Positions 39,068-49,678 of a stretch of 64,000 bases of DNA are shown one piece after another. The notes under the pieces were generated by a model that searched no databases, had not been told where the DNA came from, and saw only the letters and a list, made by a program, of their open reading frames with translations. Location of the stretch: NCBI GenBank assembly GCA_963751345.1, contig CAVVUS010000024.1, forward strand, positions 103,918 through 167,917, given 5' to 3'. The stretch's first letter is position 1. Each line of letters opens with the position of its first letter. Position numbers and translations under genes: made by a program. The DNA comes from an uncultured Chloroflexia bacterium (GTDB lineage Bacteria > Chloroflexota > Anaerolineae > B4-G1 > SLSP01).

Positions 39068-40151
39068 CTAGTTTTCGTCGCCCATTGGGCGAGCAAAGAT
39101 CATACGACCTGCAGCGGTCTGGAGCACCTTGTTGACCATCACATCGATCGTGGATCCAATGAACGAGATGCCCTCCTCTACCACGACCATCGTTCCATCA
39201 TCAAGGTAGCCCACGCCCTGGTTGTACTCTTTACCCTCTTGCAGTACGTGGATCGTGAAGCTCTCTCCCGGAAGCAGCACCGTCTTGACCGCGTTGGCCA
39301 ACTCATTCACATTGAGGACCTGAACAGACTGCAGCTCCGCCACGCGATTGAGGTTATAGTCGTTGGTCAGGATAGAGGCTTCCCTTAGCTTGGCCAGGGC
39401 GATCAGCTTGTCGTCAACTTCACGCACTCTTGGGACATCCTCGTCCACCAGATGAACAGGCACGGGCGAGTCCTCCTGAAGCTGGCGAAGGATTTCGAGC
39501 CCGCGGCGTCCTCGATTGCGGCGTAGCGTATCCGCCGAATCCGCCACGTGCTGAAGCTCGTTCAGGACGAAGAGAGGCACGATTAGCTGGCCCTGGATGA
39601 AACCGGTCCGGCAGACATCCGCAATACGACCGTCGATGATCACGCTTGTGTCAAGCAGGATGGCTGTCGAGGTTACGGGATTCGCCACGACCGAAGGCTC
39701 GACTATCTCCTTGGGAGAGAACCGGTCGCGAAAGCCCTGAAGAAGATCCGGTCGAGCAATCGCAATCGCGAGTCCAGCATACCCGAAAGCGGCGGCGATG
39801 ATAAATGGCAGAAACTGCCCCAAGGGTTCCGGCAACAGAGGAGACCGGATACGCCGCTATGGCACCCAGGGCAAGCCCGATAAAGAGTCCAATGGTTGCT
39901 GTCAGGATGACAGAGGCGGGCACTTGCTGCACCGCTTTTCGCAAGCGATTGAAGGGGCCAATCACCAGGTGCGGCGTCAAAAACCAACCAATCCCAGCGC
40001 TAATCACACCCGCAAAGATCATCGCATAGAGATGAATTGATTCAGGGACGGATGGGAACTGGCCTAATAGGGAGCCGAGCGCAATACCGGCTGATGCGAA
40101 AACAAGAAGTCCAACGATGCTGAAAATAAGTCTGATTTGCTTCAACGGCAT
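39068..40151 (-). CDS. Membrane PIN/TRAM-domain protein (YacL-like), frameshift near 39836
   Basis: TM N-terminus, 'LLDTSVIIDGRI', 'RGRRGL', 'TNDYNLN', 'QGVGYLDDGTMVVVE'. Confidence 0.9.
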
Positions 40152-40342
40152 AATAATAGCTCCATAGGTATCTGTGTAGGACGGTCGTTGAGGCCGCCCT
40201 CGTATAAAGGTGCATGTTCCGTGTAGGGATCAACTGCGGGGAATAGAGCCAGCTTACCGCCTGCTCATATCCATAATAGCCTGCAACACTTGACCCTACC
40301 GGAAATAACAAAACGAATAAGTGCACAACCTGATTTGTCGAG

Positions 40343-40404
40343 ATCTTATCACGGTCAGCGTAAATGTCAAAAAGATTGACTTTCCCGGCCTTTTTCGATA
40401 TAGT
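40343..40404. promoter_or_regulatory. Back-to-back sigma70-type promoters
   Basis: Minus strand TTGACA-N16-TAAGAT (40370-40343); plus strand TTGACT-N17-TATAGT (40376-40404). Confidence 0.65.
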
Positions 40405-40440
40405 TAGGCGGAACTACTCCCCCTTCCAAGGAGAAGAACT

Positions 40441-40722
40441 ATGGCCCGCTGTCCAGAGTGCGGTGAGAAACTGACCCTTCCTGACGGTCTCGCTCGCTGG
40501 GATCGCATCTATTGTGAGTCCTGCAACGCAGAACTAGAAGTCCTGACCCTCAAGCCCCTGGAGCTCGAGGCCGTCTACGATTCCGAGGCGAACGGCCTTC
40601 TCGATGATCTGGAGGAGAACGACGATTCAGAGGACCTGGAGGACTTGGACGACCTCGAATGGGACGAAGATGACGCAGATGAAGAGGATGAAGAGGACGA
40701 AGAAGAAGAAGAGGACTGGTAG
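40441..40722 (+). CDS. LysW-like zinc-ribbon protein with extended acidic tail
   Basis: 'CPECG...CESCNAELEV....PLEL'; RBS AAGGAG; ends EEDW. Confidence 0.8.
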   Translation: MARCPECGEKLTLPDGLARWDRIYCESCNAELEVLTLKPLELEAVYDSEANGLLDDLEENDDSEDLEDLDDLEWDEDDADEEDEEDEEEEEDW

Positions 40723-40742
40723 CTCACAGACAGCAGAGATAG

Positions 40743-40780
40743 AAACAGGCCATCGGATGATCCGATGGCCTGTTTGGTTT
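40743..40780. terminator. Probable bidirectional terminator
   Basis: aaacaggccatcgga-tga-tccgatggcctgttt followed by ggtttt, between convergent genes. Confidence 0.8.
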
Positions 40781-40793
40781 TATGCAGTAACCG

Positions 40794-42440
40794 CTAGGCG
40801 GAGCGTCGAGATAGCACAAACAGAACCAAGACGGCGATGGCTAGTGCCAGGACGATGAAGCCACTCACCCGCAACACCACGTTCAGGATATTGGTCACCG
40901 GTGTTCCACTGTCACTCGCGGCAGGATCATTCGTCACGCCATCCTCGCTCGTGCTCGGGTTGGGGAGGGCCGTTTCGCCCGCAGCCGTCGCCGAGGCATC
41001 CCGGGTATAGGCCAGCTCAATGCTTTCGACCTCACCCGGATCCAGAGTGAAGTTCGTCTGACCTCCATCGGTCAATACGTAACCGGGAGGCGCCGTGTGC
41101 CGGAGGATGTAGTTCCCGGGTTCCAGGTCATTGAAACACCATGGCTCGCTGATACCATCGGTGGTGCGGCTGTCGACCGGCCCGCTGCGGGCCAGTAGGC
41201 TAATCTGCGCATTGGGCAGCAGCATCTCGCCCCCATCGGCCTCACGGAACAAATCCCCATTGGCATCATCGAAGGCCAACACACAGACGGCGGCCTTATC
41301 CGCGGCGGGCGCTGCAGGAAGGTCACCTGTCGAAGGCTGACCACCGGTGACGATCTGGGCGGTTGCTGTCGGCAGCACTTCCGGCGTCGTATCAACGGCC
41401 TCAGGTGTGGCGGTCGCTGCCGGCAAGGCGTCACCGGTTGTCGCGATCACGATTTCCTGCCCAATGCTCAGGAGGCTCTGCGAGTCCAGGCCGTTCAGGT
41501 CATAAATATCCTGGACATCCACGTTGTACTCCAGGGAAATGCCGAAGAGCGTATCACCTGCGACAACGGTGTGAACAATGGCACCATCGGGACGCGGCGT
41601 AGGCGTGTATTGGGCGGTGGGAGGAATCTCGGGCGCTTCCTCTGTCGGCGGCGGCGGTTCCAACGTGGGGGTCGGGGTCTCCGCAACGCTCACGACTGTG
41701 AGCGCAGCATCGTCGAAGTAGGCATCATTGTGTTTGTTGGGCCACTTGCCGTAAGCTTTGATAAACAGCGTAGCAGCGCCGCCGCCGCCCACGGTAGCCT
41801 GCACGGGGCCGACGTACCCATACGTGTCGTAGTTATAGGCCGGAGAGCTCCACACTACGCTCTGAGCGTACGGATCCGTACCTCCGTTGGCATCGATGCC
41901 GACCTGAAAGTAGAAGGCATAGGGATCGCCACAGGATGTCGGCGGGCTATCCTCACTACAGGACCAAGCGTGAGCGAAGAACGAACCCTCAACGATCGAA
42001 CCAGCAGGAATGTTGCGAACGACCTGATAGTAGCCCGCGTTCTGCTTTCCGAAGAAGGTGAAGCACATCCCGCTGTAATACCCATCGTAGATGCGGTTGG
42101 GCGTGCCGTTGAAAGGTGCTTCGTTGGGGATGACTTTGCATTCAGGGCGCTTGAAGTCCCCTTCTTGCCACCACGTCACCCACCCCTGCGGCGTGAAGAT
42201 CTCCCCATAGACGGCTCCACTGAACGTATCACGAGTCCAGTTATCCGGGTTAGGAAGAGGATTACCCACGGATTTTCCAATGCCCTCGAAGCCCGGGTTC
42301 ACGAGGAGGTTGGTGCCGGCTGCTTGACGCTGCGGGGCCTGCGTCTCGTTGGCTTCCACGACTGAGGTTGGGAATAACGTCAATAGGGTGACCGCTATAA
42401 CCATCAGGGTGGTCACCACCCTTAGCTTCTTACCAAACAT
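40794..42440 (-). CDS. Cell-surface LysM protein with carbohydrate-binding-like and SdrD-B-like domains, C-terminal TM anchor
   Basis: Signal peptide, 'NLLVNPGFE', LysM 'HTVVAGDTLFGI...LSIGQEI', 'FDDANGD', C-terminal TM + RR. Confidence 0.85.
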   Translation of the reverse strand: MFGKKLRVVTTLMVIAVTLLTLFPTSVVEANETQAPQRQAAGTNLLVNPGFEGIGKSVGNPLPNPDNWTRDTFSGAVYGEIFTPQGWVTWWQEGDFKRPECKVIPNEAPFNGTPNRIYDGYYSGMCFTFFGKQNAGYYQVVRNIPAGSIVEGSFFAHAWSCSEDSPPTSCGDPYAFYFQVGIDANGGTDPYAQSVVWSSPAYNYDTYGYVGPVQATVGGGGAATLFIKAYGKWPNKHNDAYFDDAALTVVSVAETPTPTLEPPPPTEEAPEIPPTAQYTPTPRPDGAIVHTVVAGDTLFGISLEYNVDVQDIYDLNGLDSQSLLSIGQEIVIATTGDALPAATATPEAVDTTPEVLPTATAQIVTGGQPSTGDLPAAPAADKAAVCVLAFDDANGDLFREADGGEMLLPNAQISLLARSGPVDSRTTDGISEPWCFNDLEPGNYILRHTAPPGYVLTDGGQTNFTLDPGEVESIELAYTRDASATAAGETALPNPSTSEDGVTNDPAASDSGTPVTNILNVVLRVSGFIVLALAIAVLVLFVLSRRSA

Positions 42441-42650
42441 GAGCTAGTGCCTCCTTGGTCTGTTTGTGCACAGCACATGGTTCGGATTCCTGAGCCACTT
42501 CGATGCACGGGATGATCAATCGCCATCGTGATAGGGATGGGTTACGCCAGCGGCGACTGGATGGACGAGGAATCGCGAGCCAAACACGCCGCGATTATAG
42601 CATACGCAAATGCGTTGTCAACGGATGCGACGAGAGTATACTCCGGGCCG

Positions 42651-44735
42651 ATGACGAAACCCCGGAAACGTTCCCCGGCTAGGACCCATATCGCGCGGTG
42701 GGTGGTGCCGGCCTTTCTGGTCGCGGCCACGCTTCCGCTCTATCTGACATTCAGAAGCATCTCCCTGGATGACTTTGACAGCTATAGTTTCGCGCTGGCA
42801 CTTGGCGACTTCGACATTCTCCTCCAACAGCCGCAGCCGCCCGGGTTTCCTGTCTACGTGGCTATGGGACGTATGCTTTTCGCGATGCTCCACGATCCCA
42901 CCCGGGCACTGACGACGCTCAGTGCGTTCAGCGGGGCAATCTCGATCCTCCTGGTCTATGGCATCGGGCGCGAGTTTATCCCGCGGCGACCCGCGGCTGC
43001 GATCCTGGGCGCGGTGCTCTTCGCTCTACTACCCCTCACCTGGCTGACCGCCGAGAAAGCACTCAGTGATATGCCGGGGGTGATGTGGACGCTCCTGGCG
43101 ATTTGGCTCTGGATGAGATGGCGGCGACATCGGACCCGTGGCCATGCGGCAGTCGTCATGGCCGCGGGCGCCGGCTTCACCACGGGCCTGGCTCTTGGAG
43201 TGCGACCGCAGAACGCGCTGCCGATCCTGCTCCTGACGGGCGAGTTCTTCATTACAGACCTGATCCGCAGGAGAGGGAAAGCTTTGAGCTCATGCCCGAG
43301 CAGGCCGCTCGGGTGCCCGAGCAGCCTCGGGCCGAAAAGAGCAAAGCTCTTCCTGGTTCCGTGGGTGGTTGCCGGTATTGCAGGTGCCGTGGCCGTGCTC
43401 CTTTGGCTCGTGCCCACCGCCTCCGCCAGTGGGGGTCTCGGCGTCTATGTAAGCGCCGTACGGGCCCACAGCGCCCACGTCGGTCGTGCAGACTCCTGTT
43501 CGCCGTCGAACTGCCACTCCTCCAGGCTCTTCGAGCCCGGGCGACGGCCGCACTCGACACCTTGCTGACCGGCCTCGTGGGAACCGGCCTCTATATTTCG
43601 CCGAAGGTCACGGCGTGGTCGATCCTGGTCTTGTCACTGGCCGGGGTGCCGGGGCTTCTTGAGTGCCGGCTGGCGGCAACCGGCCACGCGCCGCATGGGT
43701 GTCTGGACCGCGATGATCCTCGGGCAGATCGTGATCTTCGAGGATCTGCAGCGTCCACGCTTGTTTCTGCCGTTGGTTCCCTGGGTAACACTGCTTGTCG
43801 CGTCAGGGGTAACCCGTTGGTCTCGCCCACGCTTTCTCCGGACCGCCTACCTGGCTATCGCCGGCCTGGGGCTGCTCATAGTAGTAGCCCCTCTGGCAAC
43901 GACGCTGTCGCAGGTCCCGTCACCACCGGCGCAGGCGGCAGCTTATATCGCCCAACACTATCCACCGGAAGAGACCCTCATTGCAGCCGCGGGATCATTC
44001 AGAGCAGCGCAGGTCGAGCTTCCTCGCTATCCCCTCGTCTATCTCTATGGGTTTGACACAGACGCCGTTGCACACGCCAGAGAGGCGGGAAAACACTACA
44101 TCGTTATCCTGGATCGCGACCAGTTCCCCCCGGACGTTGTCGAAACGTTGAGTTACCAGGGCGACTGGGTCACGCTCGAGGATCGAACTTTCACCCGCGA
44201 TCGTCGCGTACATACACAACACGACCAGGTGCGTATGCAGGTTCTGGCACCTCCGGAACTCATCCCGGAGGCAGCGCTCAACCTGCCGCCAGACGGCTGC
44301 GTCGACGTCGGGGCCGACGGCGACGGTCGCTATCTGGGGCAGGGATGGTTTCGACCTGAAGCGGTCTCGGGAGCGCAAGCTCGATGGGCCGGCCCGACGT
44401 TGACGACGACGGTACGGCTTCGCCTGCCATCGTCGGGCGACTACGTGCTGCACCTGCGGGCGCTCGCATTTCCACCCTCACAATCGGTGTCGATCAGCGT
44501 CAACGGCGTCCCCGTGGATACTGCGTCGCTCCCACAGGCCTGGACCGAGGTAACCGCGGTTATCCCACAGGAGGCACTTGCCGCCGATGAGGTCAGCACG
44601 CTGTCCCTCGTCCATTCTGCCTCCGCGTCCCCCTTCAGGGCGACGAATGGCGGCAGTTCAGACACGCGCGATCTGACCGTGGCCTACGACTGGATATGTG
44701 TGGTGCCGAATGACCGGCCGTCTGGGGGTGACTGA
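42651..44735 (+). CDS. Multi-TM GT-C/PMT-like membrane protein, frameshifts near 43497 and 43660
   Basis: 'DDFDSYSFALAL..FD....QPQPPGFPVY', many TMs, extracellular C-terminal 'GWFRPE....RWAG' domain. Confidence 0.65.
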
Positions 44736-45828
44736 AACCAGCGCAGCGATTCAGGCCTGATCCAACCCCGAACGATGTCGCCCTCGCGGGGGCTCACTTG
44801 ACCCATCTCAAGGGTGAGGCTCAGCGTCGCCTCACCGATCTGGAGTTGGAGCTTGGTCGTGGACCCCTGAAACACGCGCTGCTTAACCGTAGCAGTGAAA
44901 AGATTGGGACGCTGCTCACCATCTGAGAGGCTATCCTCGTCTGAGAGGCGACCTCGTCCGAGAGGCGAACCTCGTCCGAGAGGCAGATACCCCAGGGCAG
45001 GATCAGGAGCGTGCCTTCGATGCCGGCCTCAGGCAGGTGGCGTGCGGGCTCGGCGACGAGCGTGCCCAACACGGTGTCCACCCGGCCGGGCCCGGTCGTC
45101 CGGGCCGGGAGCAGATTATCGAAGCCCAGGAAACGCGCAACCCAGGGCGTGACGGGTTGGCCGTAGATCGTCTCGGGTGTGCCTATTTGCACGATCCCGG
45201 CGTCGTGAAGCAGTGCCACCCGGTCGGCAACGGCGAACGCCTCCGCCTGGTCGTGCGTGACCGATATCGTGGTGACCCTCACGCGCTGGAGGATAGCTGC
45301 CAACTGCTCGAGAAGTCGCTCGCGCAGGTTGCGGTCCAGGGAACCCAGAGGTTCGTCCAGCAGTAGAAGACGTGGTTCAGGCGCAAGGCTGCGAGCCAGG
45401 GCGACCCGTTGGCGCTCCCCCCCGGACAGCGCCACAACGTTGCGAGGGCCGAACTCCTCCAGACCGACCAACGTCAGCATCTCTTTGACCCGGTGCCGGA
45501 TGGCCGAAGCCGGCAACCCCTTCATTCGAAGCCCAAAGGCTACGTTTTCCGCCACCGTACGATGAGGAAAGAGCGCGTACTCCTGAAACATCAGGACCAC
45601 GCCACGACGGTGGACCGGCATCCGGGTCACGTCGCGCCCGTCCAGAAATACGCGCCCTGACTCACAGGACTCCAGACCGGCGATAATCCGCAACAGTGTG
45701 GTCTTTCCACTCCCGGACGGGCCAAGCAGGCTGACGATCTCTCCCCGATCCATCGACAGGGAGACACCGTCCAGCAGCGGGACGCCCTCATATGTCTTGT
45801 GGATGCCGTCGATGGTCAAGAACGCCAT
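44684..45828 (-). CDS. thiQ: Thiamine ABC transporter ATPase, frameshifted in the C-terminal part
   Basis: 'GPSGSGKTT', 'LSGGERQR', 'LLLDEP', 'VTHDQ'; last gene of the TPP-regulated operon. Confidence 0.82.
44922..44984 (-). repeat. ~4 x 18-bp tandem repeat (LSDExx)
   Basis: tctgagaggctatcctcg / tctgagaggcgacctcg (17 nt) / tccgagaggcgaacctcg / tccgagaggc. Confidence 0.8.
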
Positions 45829-45850
45829 AGAGTGTAGTCCCTTCGTGACA

Positions 45851-47510
45851 CTAGAATGCCTGCGCTCCGCCCGGACGGAGCTGCTCGATCGCCAGAAATC
45901 CGGTAACGCAGACGGCCATCAGGATCGTGGACATTGCCAGCGCCTGCCCATAGTTGACCGCCCCAGGCCGGGAGAGAAAACGGTAGACCGCGATTGGTAT
46001 GGTCGGAGTCTCCGGCCGTGCGATCATCGAGGTCGCCCCAAACTCGCCCATCGAGATCGTGAAGGCAAAGATCGCGCCGACGGCAAGCGCTCGCCAGACG
46101 ATGGGCAAATCCACCTCTCGGAAGACCCTTAGTGGCGAGGCGCCCAGCGTCGATGCAGCCTCCCGCAGACTCGGGCGGATCGACTGTAGCGCCGGAAGCA
46201 GGCTTCTGACTACAAAAGGTAGGGCAACCAGGGTGTGGGCAAATACGATCAAGGCTATCGTCCCACGCAAGGCCAGCGGAGGGCGGTCCATTGAGATCAG
46301 GTAGCCCAGCCCCAGGGTGACAGCCGACGTCCCCAGAGGCAGCATAAAGAGGGCATCGATCAACCAACCACGGCGATGGCGATGGAGTGCCGTTGAGACG
46401 AGCAGTCCGAGGGCCAGCGCCATGACCGTGACCGCGAGCGCGATTTTCAGTGAGTTACCCACCGCCGCCAGGGGTGGCACGTAAAAGACGGACTGCCGGG
46501 GATTCTGGAAGAGCATGCGTGTAGTAGCGTAACCCTGCCCCAAAGGAGCCGGCGACCAGAGTGAGCAGGGGATAAGCCATCAGCGCGGTCATCGCAAACA
46601 GATTCAGAGCCACGAACGCAATCTCAGATGGCTTTTGTGGCCGCCGCTGCGTGGCCCAGCGAGGCTTCAGATCCAGGGGGCGGGAGATCTGTCCCTGACG
46701 TCGCGCGTAGATCACCGTGAATCCCAGCGTGAAGAGTATCTGCACGAGTGAAAGTGCAGCGGCCAGGGGCAGATTGGCAAACTGGATGGTCTGGCGATAG
46801 ATCTCGACCTCCAGTGTGGCGAATCTCGGGCCGCCAAGGATGAGCACGACGCCGAAGCTTGTAAAACAGAAGATGAAAACGAGCATCCCGGCTGTCATCA
46901 CGACGGGCAGCAAGAGCGGGAGCGTCACCTCCCGGAAGACACGCAAGGGCGAAGCCCCTAGCGTGCGCGCGGCCTCCTCAAGCTGTGGATCCAGAGTTTC
47001 CCAGAACCCACGCACCATCCTCAGGACGATCGTGTAGTTGTAAAAGATATGGGCAAGCAGGATAGCGCCTAACGTGTAGCGCAGGTCGAGCGCCACGCCC
47101 AGCCACCGGTCGAGCGGCGAATTTGGGCCCAGGGCGGCGGCAAAGGCAGCAGCGACGACGACGGTGGGCAACACGAAGGGCACAGTGGTAAGTGCCTGGA
47201 TCACGCGCTTGCCCCGAAACTCGAAGCGCGCGAAGACGTAGGCTCCCGGCAGCCCGATTGCCAGCGTCAACAGTGTCGAGAGAAGCGCCTGCCCAAAGGT
47301 GAAGCCGATCACCCGCAGATTCCCCGCAGACAGCAGTTTCCGCACCAGTGTCATCGGCTGAAGCTGTCCCTGCCACGTCAAGCTCACTCGGGCAATCTCG
47401 CCTAGCGGGTAGAAATAGAAGATGATCAGGAATACCAGGGGCACAGCAAGAAGGGCCAGGAACACCCAGCCTCCCGACCCTTCTCGTCTTCTGTCAACCG
47501 GTCTTTTCAA
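45851..47510 (-). CDS. thiP: Thiamine ABC transporter permease, frameshift near 46530
   Basis: Two EAA repeats 'EEAARTLGAS' and 'REAASTLGAS', 'FCFTSFG', 'GEFGAT'. Confidence 0.88.
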
Positions 47511-47556
47511 AGCTGGCCGCCCCCTGGTGCTGCCTCACAGAAGATCATATGCGGGA

Positions 47557-48630
47557 TCACTGCAGGACCACGTTCGTCCACGCATCGATCCACGCCTGCC
47601 GATTCTGCTCTATGGCGTCGACCGACATCGTCGCCGGGTCTTCAGCTGTCGCGGCGTAAGTGACGAAGACGTCGGGGAGAGTGGCCGTGTCGCTCACAGG
47701 GTAGACAAACATGTGAAGGGGTATGTCATTCTGAAAGGTATCGCTCAACACGTAATCGACAAAGGCCTGGGCAAGGTCGCCATTTTCGCCATTCTTAAGG
47801 ACACCCGCAAACTCGATCTGCCGGAAGCACGTTCCGGGTGCGGTGACCGCGCCGGTGGGCGACTCACTGACAGGCGCCTCGCTGAAATAGACCTCGGCAG
47901 CAGGGCTCGTCGCATAGCTGACGACGATTGGCCGCGTCCCATTACTGCCACTCCCCCCACTGAACTCACTGTAGTATGCGGTGTCCCAGCTATCCACAAC
48001 TAGCACATCGTTCTGACGAAGCTGGCGCCAGTAATCCACATACCCATTCTCGCCCATCGTGGCGACGGTCGTCAGCAAGAACGCAAGACCCGGCGAGGAG
48101 GTAGCAGGATTCTCCACAACTAATAGGCCATCATAGGCAGGCTGGGTCAGATCGGTAAGGGACACCGGCACCGCCACGTTATGCTCGCCGAAGTAGGCCC
48201 GGTCATAGTTGAGACACACATCGCCGTAGTCCACCGGCGTCACACGATGCTGCGTATCGAGTTGGTATTGGTCCGGGACCCGATCCAGACCCTCCGCGCG
48301 ATACGGCACAAAGATGTCAGCCGCCAACGCACGACTGAGAAATGTGTTGTCGATACCGTACATAACGTCCGCCTGCGGGTTGTCCTTGCTTAAGATGGCC
48401 TGACTGACCATCTGGCCGGTGTCCCCGGCATCGAGGAACTGCAGTTGCGCGTTGTGGGCTTCCTCAAATGCTTTGACGACGTCCTCACTGATATCGAAGC
48501 TGCTGTACGCCATCACCCGGAGTTGTCGCGGCGCTGAAGACGTCGCAGCCGGCACGGCTGTCGGGGCCTTCACCGCACAACCAACCAACAGCAACACTGA
48601 CAATGATGTCAAGGCAAATCCGGCTTTCAT
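47557..48630 (-). CDS. thiB: Thiamine ABC transporter substrate-binding lipoprotein
   Basis: Lipobox 'LVGC', 'GIDNTFL', 'NPATSSPGLAF', 'VSYATSP', 'CFRQIE'. Confidence 0.92.
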   Translation of the reverse strand: MKAGFALTSLSVLLLVGCAVKAPTAVPAATSSAPRQLRVMAYSSFDISEDVVKAFEEAHNAQLQFLDAGDTGQMVSQAILSKDNPQADVMYGIDNTFLSRALAADIFVPYRAEGLDRVPDQYQLDTQHRVTPVDYGDVCLNYDRAYFGEHNVAVPVSLTDLTQPAYDGLLVVENPATSSPGLAFLLTTVATMGENGYVDYWRQLRQNDVLVVDSWDTAYYSEFSGGSGSNGTRPIVVSYATSPAAEVYFSEAPVSESPTGAVTAPGTCFRQIEFAGVLKNGENGDLAQAFVDYVLSDTFQNDIPLHMFVYPVSDTATLPDVFVTYAATAEDPATMSVDAIEQNRQAWIDAWTNVVLQ

Positions 48631-48658
48631 CCCTTTTCTCCTCTTGCACCGGCGCGGT

Positions 48659-49372
48659 CTAGCTATGCTGGGGCTGACGCTCGTGAAAACACCACAGCAA
48701 CCCACAACGCACGCTCACCGTCGCCACAGCATCTACCAGTCGGTTGCTCACGCCGCGGGCTGGACCAAAGGAGAGCGTTTCGTCGTGCAGGGGAAAGACG
48801 AGGCCATCCGTCGTCACGCCCTCTGCCTGCCCTCCAAGTGGAATGAGCGAGACACGATCCCCGGCACACCCGCGCACCTCCAGTGTTGCCTCCCCGCGAA
48901 TGAGAACAACCGTCCAAGCGCCATCGACCATCCACACTCGGCACCCGCCCCCACTCTCCTCTCGTCCCTCAACGGACGCGGGCTCGCCGGGTGACAGTGC
49001 GGGATGAGCCAGCAATAACAGGTTGGCCAAAGCCTGATCCGGCCGCCCACCAAACGCGCCGAGGACGACGACCTCTTCCACGCCCGGCTGTGCTACGGCC
49101 CACATCAGCGCAAGCTCCAGGTCGGTCTCGTCCTTATCGACCGGCGCACTATAGAAGGTCACACGCTCAGATTCCAGACGCCGAAGGAGATTGGGCGATA
49201 GAGAGTCGAGGTCACCGATCACGACCGAAGGGACAATGCCTGCATCCAGCGCGTGGAGCGACCCGCCATCGGCAGCAACGATGATGTCTCCTGGTCGTGT
49301 CCATGCGGCGGCCTCGCCGGCCGCGTCGGACATCACGCCATTGGCAAAGATCACGATGCGCATAGCCTCCAT
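48659..49372 (-). CDS. thiN: Thiamine pyrophosphokinase
   Basis: 'AADGG', 'IGDLDS', 'KDETDLELA', 'GAFGGRPDQ', 'RGVSN'. Confidence 0.92.
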   Translation of the reverse strand: MEAMRIVIFANGVMSDAAGEAAAWTRPGDIIVAADGGSLHALDAGIVPSVVIGDLDSLSPNLLRRLESERVTFYSAPVDKDETDLELALMWAVAQPGVEEVVVLGAFGGRPDQALANLLLLAHPALSPGEPASVEGREESGGGCRVWMVDGAWTVVLIRGEATLEVRGCAGDRVSLIPLGGQAEGVTTDGLVFPLHDETLSFGPARGVSNRLVDAVATVSVRCGLLWCFHERQPQHS

Positions 49373-49396
49373 CCTCAGAAATACCCGTAGCTAACG

Positions 49397-49437
49397 AAAA
49401 ATCCCCGCCGGCCCAAGAGAGGGCTTTGCGGGGATTT
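49397..49437 (-). terminator. Riboswitch expression-platform terminator
   Basis: Minus strand aaatccccgc...gcggggattttt. Confidence 0.75.
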
Positions 49438-49449
49438 GGTGACATCGCT

Positions 49450-49538
49450 CGCACTCCCTACGCTGGCATGATCCAGATCAGGTTCTAGGGTCGGTGTGAT
49501 CAACACCCTCTCAGCCCATTCCTGGGCTCCCCTGGCTT
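49450..49538 (-). ncRNA. TPP riboswitch
   Basis: Minus strand ggggagccc..gggCTGAGA..gaccctagaaCCTGATctggatcaTGCCAGCGTAGGGA; upstream of thiamine genes. Confidence 0.95.
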
Positions 49539-49678
49539 CAGACATTGTAACTGGCTGTGTGAATGTACTGAAGAGATTATACCATCCGTCTGGCACCTGT
49601 AAAGGTGGCGGCACGTTCTTCATAATTGCCATGATCCAGGTATAATAGCCGATCAAGTCGGCCAAGGGGGAGTTTTCG

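Noticed and set aside
49560-49678. Lysine riboswitch or Thr leader before aspartokinase
   Set aside because: A TATAAT lies only ~32 nt before the ATG, leaving no room, and no such motifs are seen.
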